A stretch of DNA of 64,000 nt from Octopus vulgaris (GCA_951406725.2 OX597819.1:74276001-74340000), one strand, 5' to 3'; positions 31,788-47,904 are shown, counted from the first letter of the stretch. Notes: generated by a model not told the origin, from the letters alone. Program-made: numbers and translations.

Positions 31788-32685
31788 TCTTTTATTGACC
31801 ACAAGGGCCCAAGACACGGAGAACGATATTGAAGGACGAGTTACAGCACACAAAAAATACAAAAGCTTACAAAAACATGTGGAGTTAATATTGATCAGCG
31901 AGATATACTACCACATTGAAGGATATAACAGAGAACATGTAATAGGAAGGGGAGAAATAATAAATAAATAAATAAATAAATAAATAAACAGAATCTCCAA
32001 TAGTGGGGCAGTCCACTTACAGTAATCCAGAGCAAACCCCACACAAAAATCCCGGATTACTCAAGGCATGGAAAAGCGCCCTCTTCCAGATACTTTCTTC
32101 CGGCTTAGAAAAGCATATTCAGAGTAGATCCATTCAGTCTCACCAGTCTTGTCACCGTTGACCACCTATGGATAAACGCATAATATTTTTAGAAATTGAT
32201 GAGGCCTTGACCAGATGGGTATGTGCCTGCCATCAAACCTTTTAGACGGGTCCACCACACAGCCTCTTTTGCCACAACCACTAAGCACAGAAAGATCTGC
32301 CCTCCTTCTCTGCTAAAAGAAGGTCGGGGTGCATCGATCTTCACTATACACTTGGCTGGCAGCTAAATTCGTCTTATTCCTCGTGACAACAGCTGCTCCA
32401 CACAATTCCACAACTCTTTAAAGCACGGACACTGAATTATTGAATGCAGGACGGTTTCGTCCCCCTGCAAGTACCTTGGGCAGGTTCGGCTGTTGGCACT
32501 TCAATGCTTGAAGAGCTTGTCTTGAACGGGCAACGCCCCTCTGTAACACTGCCAAGCCAGAGTCTTTTGGAAATTGTCCATAATCTTCGACCCGAAGGTC
32601 CTCTGAAAGAGACTACTCAGACTATTCTCGTCGATGCCTATATTCAATCCTAGGCCATCATCACTCATACCCTCAACTAGCCCCC
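31788..32685 (-). mobile_element. Decayed Tx1/L1-like LINE 3' fragment upstream of gene B
   Basis: Same 3' end motif (ttctttattgaccacaaggg) and similar body to 22135-23035; sits beside (AAT/AAC)n. Confidence 0.55.
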
Positions 32686-32733
32686 TATAGAAATTTTGGT
32701 TGTTTTCCCGTTAACAGATTCCGGCAGTTGAAT

Positions 32734-32789
<56 letters not shown>

Positions 32790-32790
<1 letters not shown>

Positions 32791-33800
32791 AATAATTATA
32801 ATAACAGTAATAACAGTAATAGTAATAACAATACATGTGAATAAAATGAAAGAACGTGCATGATAATCGACATAGCATGTTCCGGTGGCAACAGGATCAA
32901 AGTGAGAGAGAAAGAAAAATAAACAACTATGACGATTTGAAGTGGGAAATACGAAGGTTGTGGTCAAGGAGGAGAGTAGACAGGATACCAATAGTAATTG
33001 GTGCATTTGGATTCAAGTACCAGCATGGCTGAAAAAGATCGGCGCAAGTGTGAAGGTAGAACGCCTACAAAAAAAACAGCATTGCTTGGAACTGCAAGAG
33101 TTCTTTGCAGGGTACTTGAAGCATGACTAGTAAACAAGTGTCACCTTAGTCTGCTGGCTGTGGACTGCTGACACTTTCCATCATACCCAGCAAAATAAGC
33201 TGTGAGTTTTCAAATAACAATAATAATCCTTTCTACTAAAGGCACAAAGCCAGAAATTTTGAGGGAGGGGGAAGTCGTTCCCATCTGTCTTCTTATCCGT
33301 TTGACTAGGAAAGTCCCAAAGAATGTTGCATTTCTCCGACTCCAACACTCCTTCGACCCGATGATCATACCATGTGTTTCCACCTTTAAATCCCCATTTC
33401 TAACAACGCTTCCAGTGTAAAATTTTTTACAACTTGGTCATGCCGCCATTTCTCATATTCTTCTTGTGCCAACTTAGGACATTCTGTTACAATGTGCGCC
33501 ACTGCTCCTTTCAAATTCCACAGATTCTACATTTTTCTGACACATTCTCCCCATATGCATTTCTGCTTAAGTTTTTTGTTTTTATCGCTTGATTCTGGGC
33601 TTCTACAATTAGGCTTTATGTTTCTTTTTTTTTAATTACCCTTTTTTAAAACCCAGCCTCAGTGGATTTACCTGATTATGCCGAGGTTTCTCTTCATTCT
33701 TTCTAACGTACTCTCTTTAAATTTCATTCTAGTCCTTTTCTCCTGTTCCACACTTGATCACCTGTTCCTTTTTCACTGTCTTTAGTAATTTCTTTCTCAA
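32790..33800. mobile_element. RLE-type LINE remnants (+ at ~32850-33215, - at ~33300-33800)
   Basis: ccaatagtaattggtgcatt (PIVIGA) and gcattgcttggaactgcaaga (ALLGTAR) on +; RH(D)-region remnants on -. Confidence 0.55.
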
Positions 33801-33829
33801 AATGTCCCTAAATGAAGGTTGATGAACAA

Positions 33830-34859
<1,030 letters not shown>

Positions 34860-35061
34860 GGCGGCGAACTGGCAGAATCTTTAGAGCGCTGGACGAAATG
34901 CTTAGCGTTGTGAGTTCGAATTCCGCCGAGGTTGACTTTGCTTTTCATCATTTAGAGGTCGATAAAATAAGTACCAGTTGAACACTGGGGTCGGTGTAAT
35001 CGACTCATTCCCACCTCGCCCAAGCTGCCCTTGTGACAAAAATTATTATTATTATTATTAT

Positions 35062-35535
35062 TTTATGTTTGACTTTTGCTTTGCATTTGTACAAGTTGGC
35101 TTCAAGTCTCACCCAGAGACTTCAAGAGACAACAAGTTAGAAGTTCAATTTGGTGTTATGCCTCGGGTGCCATATATTTGGTTTTGTACATAGTATTGTT
35201 CTAGAGAATGTTTAAGAAACCATAAGAAAATCATGTGTTTGTTTTAAAATTTGAGATTACATAGACAGTATTTTACGTAAGATATGGGCAGTTTCCATGA
35301 GCACTATCTTTTGAATTTCTGCCATTTTGAGGTTTCGTGGTATCTGAGCTAGGTAGCAATCAGCCCCTTTTGCTATCATTCCTAGGGTAACTATGACAAC
35401 AGGTAGTGTTTTAGTCTTCAGGTTCCACATTTTGCTAATTTCTATTTCAAGATCTTTATGTTTACTTGACAGATACGTTTATATCGATTAGGACAGTCAT
35501 ATCAATGAGGAGGCATGATTTTTGTCTGATGTCTT
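35062..35535 (-). mobile_element. RLE-type LINE 3' fragment (same family as 56955-58350)
   Basis: Near-identical 3' UTR and endonuclease tail; flanked by (ATT)n. Confidence 0.8.
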
Positions 35536-35545
35536 ATTATTATTA

Positions 35546-35599
<54 letters not shown>

Positions 35600-35642
35600 G
35601 TTATTATTGTTATTATTATTATTATTGTTATTATTATTATTA

Positions 35643-35683
<41 letters not shown>

Positions 35684-36289
35684 GTTGTTGTTGTTGTTGT
35701 TATTAAGGCGGTGAGCTGGCAGAATTGTTAGCACACTGGACGAAATGCTTAGCGGTATTTCGCCCGTCGAAGAAGAAGAAGAAGAAGAAATGTGTTTACA
35801 TAAAACAGAGACAGATAGGAGGAGGAAGAGAACGAGAGAAATCGTAAAGTGTCTAATGTCAAATAAGTCAATATCGAATCAGCGACGCCAAATAGGCGAC
35901 GCCAAAAACAGTTGTGCAGACTCATACCCTGAATCATCTGGTCGGTTACGACGATATGTATTCCAGTTGATCCGATCAACGGAACAGCATGCTCGTGAAA
36001 TTTACATGCAAGGGGCTGAGCACTCCACAGACACGCATACCGTTAACGTTGTTCTCAGAGAGATTTAGTGTGACACAGAATGCACCGGATAAAAATTTAA
36101 ATAAACGTAACTATAACAATGCACAAGGAAAAAATTTGAAGAGAAAATCGCCCTCATCCAAACGGAACTTCCGATCCCAGACGATTAGCAAAGCTAGAAG
36201 ATACTTTCTCAAAGTCTGCAACAAATCAGAAATGGAAGTTCAAAGGAAAGGATACGTAATGAAAACAAAGAACAACCAGCAAAATAAGG

Positions 36290-36685
36290 GTTTCAACGTT
36301 TTACCACAAGGGCAGTTTGGAGGAAGGGATTAAGTCGATTATATCGACCCTATGGTGTAACTGGTTCTTATTTATTCGACCTCAAAAGGATGAAAGGCAA
36401 AGTCGACCTCGGCGGAATTTGAACTCAGAACGTAATGACGGGAGAAATACCTATTTCTTTACTACCCACAAGGGGCTAAACACAGAGAGGACAAACAAGG
36501 ACAGACAAACGGATTAATTCGATTACATCGACCCCAGTGCGCAACTGGTTCTTAATTTATTGACCCAGAAAGGATGAACGGTAAAGTCGACCTCGGCAGA
36601 ATTTGAACTCAGAACGTAACGGCAGACGAAATACGGCTACGCATTTCGCCCGGCGTGCTAACGTTTCTGGCAGCTCGCCGCCTTA
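36290..36685 (-). mobile_element. Tandem SINE family 2 copies
   Basis: Two cores aaggatgaa.gg.aaagtcgacctcggc.gaatttgaactcagaacgtaa. Confidence 0.75.
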
Positions 36686-37059
36686 GGAAAACGAAATATA
36701 GTAAAAATAAAAGCATCGACTAAGTAAAGCAGGAAGAAAGATCTAAGATGAAAGCAAAGTGGACAAACCAAAAATGTGTAAAAAGAGAATTTAAAGAAAG
36801 CATCGAAACCCTACAGAAAGCAAAACCGACTAAAAGCGAACCAGGACTACGTGGACGAAATTCTATAACATAAGGAATACCTGGAACGTTTATGGACGTC
36901 ACAGGTGCAGGGTGAGTGAGAAGAAGTTTGCTTCCCAATCACACGGTTATGGGTTCAGCGACATTGAGTGGCACCTTGGACAAGTGTCTTCTACTATAGC
37001 CTCGAGTCGACCAAAGCTTTCTGAGTGGATGTGGTTGGCAGAAACTGAAAAATTCCGTC

Positions 37060-37110
<51 letters not shown>

Positions 37111-37459
37111 CCACAGCCGGTGTAACTGTGTTTACGTCCACGTAATCTAGCAGCTCGGCAAAATAGACCGACAGAAGTGCCCATTTTAAAAAGAAATCAC
37201 AAATAAGTACTTCGTTGGATTCATTCGACTAAAAAGAAAACAAAATTGTTCAAGGGGGTGCTCCAGCATGACCGCTGTCTAATAACTGGGAGTGGTAAAA
37301 AAGCAAAAGATGGCATTGTTAATGAAGACAATGATGAAAACAAAGAAATAATTGGGTTCTCTGAATCAGAAGATTATACACAAGGTTTAGGTTTTTCAGA
37401 GGTACAGCCCCCTAAAAATCCCCTGCGTATTATACTCAAGGGAGGACTATACTCGAGGA

Positions 37460-37504
<45 letters not shown>

Positions 37505-37566
37505 TATATATATCTTATATTATTATTTGATTGAACGCCACGCATCCATTTCCAAGTATACATAGC

Positions 37567-37629
37567 GACAGTTTTAGATCGAAAAATATATGTCGAAATG
37601 ACCTTTCGGATATATATGTATATATATAC

Positions 37630-37688
<59 letters not shown>

Positions 37689-37745
37689 TATATATATATA
37701 TCCGAAGCGTCATTTCGACATCTATTTTTCGGTCTAAAACTGCCA
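37567..37745. repeat. ~45-bp inverted arms enclosing a (TA)n tract
   Basis: cagttttagatcgaaaaatatatgtcgaaatgac...ttcgga / tccgaagcgtcatttcgacatctatttttcggtctaaaactg. Confidence 0.65.
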
Positions 37746-37877
37746 CTAAGCCGCAATTTGTGTACGTACAATACAATTGACTTTTGTTGCCTGTGTTTTT
37801 TTTAATAATTTTTGATTCGCCTACATTAATATATATATATATATATTTATATATATATGTGTGTGTGTGTGTGTATG

Positions 37878-37914
<37 letters not shown>

Positions 37915-37981
37915 CGGATGTATGTAGATATACATATATAGATATATGTATATATATTTATATACATACATACATACATAC

Positions 37982-38014
<33 letters not shown>

Positions 38015-38147
38015 CTCAAAACGTCATTTCCACTCCTATTTTTCAATCTAAATCTTTCATTGAGCGTCAGCTTAATGTGTTCACTCGCATACATAATTCA
38101 CTCTTGTTATATTTCCTGTTGTTCTCTATTCACTCTCTCTCTCTCTG

Positions 38148-38247
<100 letters not shown>

Positions 38248-38863
38248 TGTATTTATGAATGTACTTGTATATATGCGTAAGAGATTATGTAATTGACTCC
38301 AAAAAGGACAAAAGACAAGTGGAAATGGAATACAAAGCGTAATGATACGTTAAAAATGTCGCAAAGCCTTTTGTTCGACGTGCTAACGATTCTGCTAAAC
38401 TCGCCCCCTTAAACTAAGTTTCAAAATTTGGCAAAAGGTGAGCAATATAGTCGATTAGATGGAACCCAGAAATAATCAATTGCTGCTTATTTGATCGACC
38501 CTAGAATGGGGAATGGCAAGGTAGATCTGGGTGGGATTTGAACTCATTACATAGTGACGGGCAAAATGTAGTACTAAATTTAGAATGGAAAACATGCAAA
38601 GTGAAAGACTGAACCAGTTTCAATTCAATTGAATTTAATGACGGATTCAAACGATTTAAATTTCTGGGAAAATTTTTTTTTAATTGTTGAAAAGTGTAAC
38701 ACTTTCAATTCCTGTCTCTCTAATCACTGATTCCTTTTCACCGAGTTCAATGCATTTCTATTGGCTTTGCATGCATTTCGCATCCCTTCACAATACACCC
38801 CACACATATACGCGCGCGCGCGCACGTACGCACACACACACACACACACACAACCGCACACAC

Positions 38864-39103
38864 TGTACAGGATGCGGCAGAAAGTTTTCCCGATTTCAAA
38901 GGGTTGATAAAATACAAACACATGAAGATACAAGAAAAAACGATGCTCTCCACTCCAGGCCAAGATAGGTGCTACATGAAATAAAAAGAAGAAATGGAAT
39001 TTAATGAACTTCATAGAAATACGAAATTTGTTCATATATCTTCATGTGTTTGCTTTTTATTAACCTTTAAAATCGAGGCACTCTCTCTGCCGCAGCCTGT
39101 ACA
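38864..39103. mobile_element. Tc1/mariner-type MITE
   Basis: tgtacaggatgcggcaga...aaacacatgaagata / tatcttcatgtgttt...tctgccgcagcctgtaca, TA-bounded. Confidence 0.6.
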
Positions 39104-39127
39104 TTCATTATTATAAAAGCATATGCT

Positions 39128-39194
<67 letters not shown>

Positions 39195-39275
39195 TGATAT
39201 ATATAAAAGAATATATATATATATAATGCTAAATCTCTGAGCAAGGTATAAACAGTAGCTGCACGACATCGTGAA

Positions 39276-39570
39276 GTATATTTTCCACTTAAATGTGGCT
39301 ATCCCTCAAGGGTGGATGCTACTGTAGCTTGTAGCCCCAGGAGGACACCTCCTCCAGCTGGCTATTGACACACTTTCTGTGCCATATCAGTATTCGCAAA
39401 GTATTTGCAAAGGGAAGTCATCCTTGGAGATGGGAAAGATGTCTTCTCTTTGCAAATACTGATAGGGCATAGAAAGTGTGTCAATAGCCAGCTGGAGGAG
39501 GTGTCTTCCTGAGGCTACAAGCTACAGTAGCATCCACCCTTAAGGGTTAGCCACATTTAAGTGGAAAATA

Positions 39571-39573
<3 letters not shown>
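39276..39573. mobile_element. Foldback MITE with ~120-bp arms
   Basis: gtatattttccacttaaatgtggcta...ccagctggctattgacacactttct / agaaagtgtgtcaatagccagctgg...tagccacatttaagtggaaaatatac. Confidence 0.75.
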
Positions 39574-39652
<79 letters not shown>

Positions 39653-40460
39653 AAATATACATACATGTATGTATGTATGTATGTATGTATGTATGTATGT
39701 ATGTATGTATGTATGTACGTACGTCTCTGCAAGCTTAAAATAAGACCCGGCACTCCGTCATTGACGACGAAGAGGCTTCCAGTTGATCTGATCAACGGAA
39801 CAGCCACTTCGTGAAATTAACGCGCATGTGGCTGAGTACTCCACAGATACGCGTACCTTTACTCAAAGACGCGACGCGTTGCTGGGAGTCGAACTCACGA
39901 CTTCAGGATTGTTAGGTGAATACACTGACCACTAAGCCACATCAAGACACATACACACCCACACACATGTCTTTTATCCCTTTCCTGTTCGATCATCAGA
40001 CTGGTCATGCTGGAGCATTGCCCTGGAGGATTTTAGTCGAACGAATCGACCCCAGTGCATTTTTTCTCTGAAGAAAACCTGGTACTTATTCTATCAGTCT
40101 CTTTTGCCGAACCGCAAGAGTATGGGGACAAAATCACACCAACACTGGTTGTCAAGCGGTGATGGGGGTGGTGGGGGTGGGAACACAGAAACAAATACAC
40201 ATACACACACAGAAAGGCATTGCACATATATATGACATTAAAAATAAGAACGGAGAAATATACATATAATTTATAATATATATATATATATATAGACGTG
40301 GGCGAGACTGTGTGGTGAGAGGCTTACTTCCCAACCACATTGTTCCGGGTTCGGTCCCACTGCGGGGCACTTTGGGCGAGTGTCTTCTACTATAGCCTAG
40401 GGCTGACCAAGACCTTTGTAAGTAGATTTGGTAGACGAAAACTGACAGAAGCCCGTTTTA

Positions 40461-41730
40461 TTAGGTCGTCAAGTATGAAATTTGTAGAAAAGAAAAAAGT
40501 CTGCTAATGTTTTATAAATACAAGGTATCGTTTTATTCATCAATGTATGCACCCGTATCGTCAATACACTCTTGCCATTTCAGCGGTAGCTTGTCCAGCC
40601 CGGAACTGTAAAAGTCTGGCAATCTAGAGTCAATAAAATCTTGGAAATCCTGTTTACAGCATCGTCGGGATTAAATTTTCTTCCTATCAAAAAGTTATCC
40701 AAATTCTGGAAGAAGTGGTAGTCAGTGGGGTCAAGATCAGGTGAGTTTGGTGGATGATGGAGAACTTCCAACTCCAACTCCTGTAGTTTTGCCAATGTCA
40801 TTTTTACGATGTGTAGTCTGGCATTGTCTTGCAATAAAATAGGAGTGGATCTATTGACTAATTTAGGCTGTTTTTTTTCTTTTGTAAGTTTCAACATCAT
40901 TTAGTCCAGTTGACTGCAGTATAATTCGCCCGTGATTGATCAGTTAGGTTTAATGAAATCATAACGGATCACACCTGCGCTAGATCACCAAACACACACC
41001 ATCAGCTTCTTTTGAAGAATTTTGCTTTTTGGACTGTGTTTTGGTGGCTCGTCTTTGTCCAACCATCGTGCTGAACGTTTACGGTTGTGTATTGGATCCA
41101 TTTCTCATCACGTTACAATTCGATTCAAAAATGCATAATGCAGTAGCATAATGCAGGCTTCCAAACGTTGCTGTTTCTGATTTTCATTGAGTTCATGTAG
41201 AACCCACTTACCCAACTTTTTCACTTTGCCGATTTGACCTAGGTGAGTCAATATTATTTGCTTGCTAACACCAAATAACAACGATAATTCACGGCGCTTT
41301 GAGATAGATCTAACTTGACGGTGGCTTTCAGTTCGTCATTATCCACCTTTGTTTCTGGTCGACCGCGTTGTTCATTTGTGAGGTCAAAGTTACCTGAACG
41401 AAATTTTGCAAACCAATTTGATACTGTCTGCTGTGTAATAACATTAGAACAAAACATTCCATTAATATTCCGAGCTGTCTGTGATGCAGTATTTCCAAGA
41501 AAGAACTCATATTTCAAAACTGCATGAATTTCCGACATATCCATCTCTAAACAAAAATAGCAAAAAACGATTTATAAATACTTTATAAAGCGCAAAATGA
41601 GTTACAACAAAGAAATAGATGTGTCAGCTTTCTAACAAAAAATAAAGATTGTCTAAATATTATATTGGCGCAAAATGAGCAGCTGTCAAAGTTTACCATA
41701 TACCTTACTACAAATTTCATACTTGACGAC

Positions 41731-41734
<4 letters not shown>
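40461..41734 (-). mobile_element. Full-length but inactivated mariner element with 27-bp TIRs, nested in a family-1 SINE
   Basis: Perfect TIRs ttaggtcgtcaagtatgaaatttgtag (40461-40487 and 41708-41734), TA flanks; transposase pieces WFAKFRSG, GRP, LQDNAR, HPPNSPDLDPTDYHFF; frameshifts. Confidence 0.93.
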
Positions 41735-41787
<53 letters not shown>

Positions 41788-42035
41788 TTGTGTGTGTGTG
41801 TGTTTGTCACCCGCCATCACTCGACAACCGACGTTGGTGTGTTTATGTCTTCGTAACTTACCGGTTCGGCAAAGGAGACTGATAGAATAAGTTATAGGCT
41901 TACAAAGAATAAGTCCTGGGGTCGATTTGTTCGACTAAAGACGGTGCTCCAGTATGGCAGCAGTCACATGGCTGAAACAAGCTAAAAAATAAAAGAATAA
42001 AAGAATATATATATATGCATATAAATATATATATG

Positions 42036-42096
<61 letters not shown>

Positions 42097-42560
42097 GTGT
42101 GTGTGTGTGTGCGTGCGTGTATGTGTGATAAATTATATTCTATTTCTGTTTTTAAAGACTCCTGTATTTTATCGCTTCAAGTGAATCAACAGATCTTTAT
42201 ACATATTGCTGGTCATTGATGTTCACGTTATACACACACACACACACACACAAAGAATATATGTATGTATGTATGATGTATGTATGTATGTATGTATGTA
42301 TGTATGTATGTATGTATGTATGTATGTATGTGTGTATGTGTGTACAGCGTGAACATCAATGGCGAGTAATGGCGTGCACCTAACACATCTCCGATTCGCA
42401 CGTGACATGAAAGCTGTGACCAGCTGCAGACCATTATTGACGAAGCTGAACGCATATGGGAGTAGGTTTTAAAATGGACCGCATGAAAACAAAGTAGAGC
42501 AGAATGGGCAACATCTGGCTCGATAAAGGATGTCATCATTATCATTCTTATCATCAACAT

Positions 42561-42663
<103 letters not shown>

Positions 42664-43499
42664 TTATTATTTAATTGAACACGATGCATCCATTTCCAAG
42701 TGTATATATATATATACGATGGGACACTTTCAATGTCAGCGTAACAAATCCACTGACAAGGCTTTGGTTGGCCCGAGGCTATAGTAGAAGAAACTTGCCC
42801 AAGATGCCATGGAGAGGGATTAAATCCAGACCCACGTGCTTGGGAAGCAAAGTTCTTACCACACAGCCATATCTGAACACAAGAATAAAACCTGTTTACT
42901 ATAAAACAATTTTGTCAATAGAATGAAAATATATTGGGACGAGCATCACCTACCAAGTAAATTATTTTCCAAGAAGGTAATCACAGTAGGAAGCGATATT
43001 TATTGAACAGGTGGTAGAGTTTCTTGATCGTCATTTTATTACTGAAAGTGGAAACAGCTGAGTACATTTGCTGAACGTAAAACACTGCGTAGACCGTGAT
43101 GTGTCCAAGCATTTCATCGTGGATTAGTCCTTCCCAGTACCATCAAAAGCAAGTCATTGTCAAAGGTGGACACCGTTAACCAAAAAGTTAACTTCGACAA
43201 CCGTTAATCAGTTAATTCTTTAAAAATGTAACGGAAATTATTGATAAAACGTTAACATTAATTTTTATAATAGAATAAAACAAAAAAATCACTTTTTGCT
43301 GTAAAACCACTTAAAACACCTTTAAAAAGTACCAAAACTACAAAATCCGTTAACTTCAATGCCATGGAAGTTAATAGAAGTTGACTTGAGTTAACGAAAG
43401 TTAAATGTAATGGAAGTTAATTAGCCCAATAATGATTTCCAAAGTAAATTTAAAAGTTAAATCATTAATTAACGATTAATGAATTAGCGGTTTGGTGGC

Positions 43500-44110
43500 C
43501 AGGTTTGGTCATTGTCTTGCTTGGATGCAGCTCTGGCTGGGCAGGAGGCGTTGCTTATTTGTCAGAAGTCAGCTAATCTTTTTTCTGTTTCATACTGACA
43601 TAGACGCAATTTTTCAGTGCTGATCACGATGTGGCAAAGAAGTCCACGAGTAACCTGGTGGCGAGCGAGCGACTGGCTGCCATAGAGGAGCTCTGGCGTT
43701 TGCTCAGAGCATATGACACCCATGCACCAAATTTTGGGGCCAATTCGCCACCGATAATCATGGATGAGCAAGTTCAATTGATTATCATCGAACTGAACAT
43801 GTCGGCCGGAACATGGAAAGCCTGAATTCGAATTTTCCCTCTTTGAAGCGTGAAAACCATTTCTGTGCAGTTCTTTCACTCAGAACATCTTCTCCATACA
43901 CAGCACAAATGTCTCGAATGGCTTTGGCAACGTTGGAACCTTGACTGAAAGCGAAGAGAAGCAGGTGTCCACGGTACTTATCTTTTACTACTTGGTTTTT
44001 CATCGTTTTATGTCTGAAAAGAGATTAAATTTATTCAAATTTCAAAAAAACCAAAAAAAATTGTGGACGAAGAACAGAACTTGGAAAAACAAAAACCCAT
44101 AAAAACCCCA
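43500..44110 (-). pseudogene. Second, older mariner transposase remnant (N-terminal half)
   Basis: HLLLFAFSQGSNVAKAIRDICAVYGEDVLSERTAQKWFSRFKEG, SGR; broken frames. Confidence 0.8.
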
Positions 44111-44855
44111 TAAAACACCACGGTTACGGCGACGAGTGTTCCAGTTGATTCGATCAGCAGATCAGCCTGCTCGTGAAATTAACAAGTAAATGGCTGAGTA
44201 CTCCGCAGACACAAGCACTCTTAATGTTGTTCCCAGGGAGATCCGGAGTAGCACGGAACGCGACAAGGTCGGCCCTTTAAATTACAGGTACAACTCAGTT
44301 TTGTCAGCTGAGTTGATCTGGAGCAATGGGAAATAAAATGTTTTGCTGAAGGACACATCGCGCCGCTTGTAATCGAACTCACGACCGTACGATCGTGAAC
44401 TAAATACATCTAACCACTAAGCCACGCGCCTTCACTGTCAAATCAAATAACGTTGGAAAGAAACGAAGGACTTTATCTGAAAACCCATTAGAAGATCCAG
44501 GCAGAAGGTACCATTCAGTAGAATAGAATTAGGTTCAAGGAAAGGAATTCCTTAAACACATGGATATAGCTGAGACTGGGTTTCAGCTAAAGAATTCCTT
44601 TAAGAAGGTAACAGACTCATAATTCATCAAAAATATGGTGCAAAATTAATAATGAAAAAAAAAAGGCATCGGGGGTGATGTATTCCCTGTGCACAGTTAA
44701 ATTGTTTCGCAAATTCTAGTGTGGCTTAGAATGCGTTGCTTACGCATGCTTTTTAATTGAACTGAATTAATAATCTTTTTAAGTATCATCATTATAGGTT
44801 AAGAAATCAACTCGTAAATAAACGAAATCTTCGAATGCATCAGTGTATTCGCACG

Positions 44856-44907
<52 letters not shown>

Positions 44908-44910
44908 CGC

Positions 44911-44941
<31 letters not shown>

Positions 44942-44967
44942 TGTATGTATGTATGTATGTATGTATG

Positions 44968-45285
44968 TACACTTGTCTACGATCATAGGTACGCCATGGT
45001 CTATACACACAGAGATGAGGGTCGATTCATATGAAAAAGAAACTGAACAAAATCACATGATCACTTGCTTATCGGGAAATTTGTAAGTTCGATTAAAAAC
45101 ATTTTTTTGTTAAAGATAATCAAGCAAAATATTCAGCATTTCGAGCCACTCAGCCAGTGAGTTTTTCTGCCGAATGTGGTAAGAATCCATTCAGCCGTTT
45201 TCCAGTAATTTTGCTAACACGCAGACAAACAGACAAAGACGAGTAATTACAAAGCCCTGTTTTCGCTTACGCGCACAGGGTATTA
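44968..45285 (+). mobile_element. Helentron/HINE-like non-autonomous repeat (inverted partial copy at 46765-46978)
   Basis: Follows (TATG)n; 3' end ccattcagccgttt...cagacaaacagac...ccctg...caggg hairpin; ~210 bp shared with 46765-46978 on the opposite strand. Confidence 0.5.
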
Positions 45286-47904
45286 AATTTAGAAGTAGGA
45301 AAACCACGTCTGCTTCTAGCATCGGACATAACTATTTTATATTCAGTTGAGTCTAGCAACGGACTTACAAATCTTTTGAAGGATTTAGAATTTCTTAGGA
45401 TAAAATTCTTCTATCCGCTTACCATTTTTTCCTATTCTCTCTCTAGCCACCCACTTAACTGCTTTACTGCTTTTTGCATCTGTCAATTCCCTATACACGT
45501 ATATATGCAGGTATGAGTAGACTTATACATACATACATGCATACATCCAGCCATCCAGCCATCTATCTACACACATATATACATACATGCATACATACAT
45601 ACATAAAATACCCTGCTGATGTTGTTTAAATTCCAATGAAGGGGCCTTGAATCTAGGTTAGAAACCGGCTCTTTCTCTATTGGCAAGAAATCTTGAAATA
45701 AACTAGAATAATGGCATACATATATGCATACATCGTATGTGCATGCTTACACGCATGCATATATATATATATATAAATTATATATACATAAAAATTATGA
45801 TAATTGCATATAAATTATGATAATTGCATATAAATTATGATAATTACTTCAACTTGGCAGCTAATAGCCATTCCACTACACGGATGCCACTCTCAACGTA
45901 TCCAGAGTTAATATCAAGTTAGAAACAGAAGAAGCCCGGAAAGTAATTCAGTAACACTTTTCACGTGAGAGCTTTCCAATAAAAGTATCTCGACAAGTCA
46001 CGTGGTGATTTTCATTTTAAATTCTCCCTTCTCCAAGTGATTTTACTTGGAGAATGGAAAATTCGAAATTCAGAGATATTTCTGAGGGAAAGCACTTGTT
46101 CATAGACAAATACAAGTATATAAAATACCATACAACATAAATTCATGATTTATCAAAATTATCGCCGCCGCTAGAGGTCGTATCATAATTTCCAAATAGC
46201 AGTTAAAACCAGCTCCACTTGAGGAGGGGAGGTAATCTATAAATATAATACCTATACAACGGGCTTCTTTCAGTTTTCATCTACCAAATCCTCTCACAAA
46301 GCCAAGGTCGGCCCTGGGCTGTAGTAAGAGACACTTGCAGAAGGTGCCACGACATAGAACTGAACCTGGATCATCTGGTTGGGAAGCGAACGTGTTACTA
46401 CACAGCCACGCTTTTTCTTTTCTTGTGTCTCAGCAGGTTTAAGGTCAATTACCCAGTTTCCATGGAATTTGAGAGACCGAGATCATAACATCTCTCTACC
46501 CCACAAACCGTTGTAGGGTCCAAGCCCCCAAATTTTTAGGTGGGGGTCAACTAATTTACATCGACCCCAGTATTTGAGCGTGAAGGGACGACGGTAAAGC
46601 TGACCTCGGTGGGATTTGAACTCAGAATGTAATGGTCCGGAAGAAATGTCGCTAAGCATTTAGCCAGCATGCAAACGATTCTGCCAACTTGCCATCTTAA
46701 AATATAGTTGCAGATTAGCACAAATATTTTCCCATTTTTCATTCGGTTCGAAGCCTTATCCTTTTACCACATTCGGCAGAAAAACTCACTGGGTGAGTGG
46801 CTCGAAGTGATGAATATTTAGCTTGATTATATTAAAAATGTTTTTTTAATCGAACTTACAAATTTCGCGATAAGCAAGTGGTCATATTATTTTGTTCACT
46901 TTCTTTTTCATATGAATCGACCCTCATCTGTGTGTGCATAGATAATGGCGTACCTATGCACGTAGACAAGTGTGCGTACATACATACATACATACATACA
47001 TACATACATACATACATACATACATACATACATACATACATACATACATACATACATACATACGTACGTGATTCGAGCTGCGTTTGGTAAATAAAAGTTG
47101 ATACAAATGACAATAGTGATAACAACTCATTTTAAACTGGTTTATCTCGAAACGTTAAAACAACAATCATTGAAGAGGTTGATGTTTACTTAAGAAACGT
47201 TAAGTAGTATTGATTTCTAACCTCAAAATGTATCATAAATGCATTTCCCACCGCAACGACCGAACATGTAGGCACCACCACCACCACCACCACCACCATA
47301 ACCACCACAGTTACTGCTATCATTGGTACTGTTATCACCAGCGCAACTACCACTATTATCACTACTTTCAATGCTACGACCAACCAGCAGATACCATTGT
47401 TATTGATATCGTAGCTACTCACTCCCCTCAGCACAACCCGTCCTCCGTATCATTTCCACCAGAAACATTTACAAAATTTACCGACAATGTCTGATAATAG
47501 AGACCCAAATGTGTGCGTGTGTGTGTGTGTGTGTGTGTAAATGATGATTTCTGCCTCACTTTGTCGTTTTTCGCATTCAATATATTTGAAACAATTCTGG
47601 GAATACCTGAATAATCTGAGATTGTTGTCTTGTACACACAGTTCATGAGTTAATGCATCCGCTGTTCTGTTCAAACCAATTTCTCATAATCCTCACAACC
47701 ACCACCACCCAGCACCGTCCCCACCATTGACATTTTTCAATAATTAGCGGCATTCATTAATTAACCCATGATGAAAGAAAAAAAGTAACAATGTAAATCT
47801 CGAATCGATGATCATTTGTTATTAAAATTGATGGACCCCAACCGGGGAAGGGCAGTCAGATATCTTCAGGCATCTTAATACAATGGTTCCCATGCGTCCT
47901 GCCG

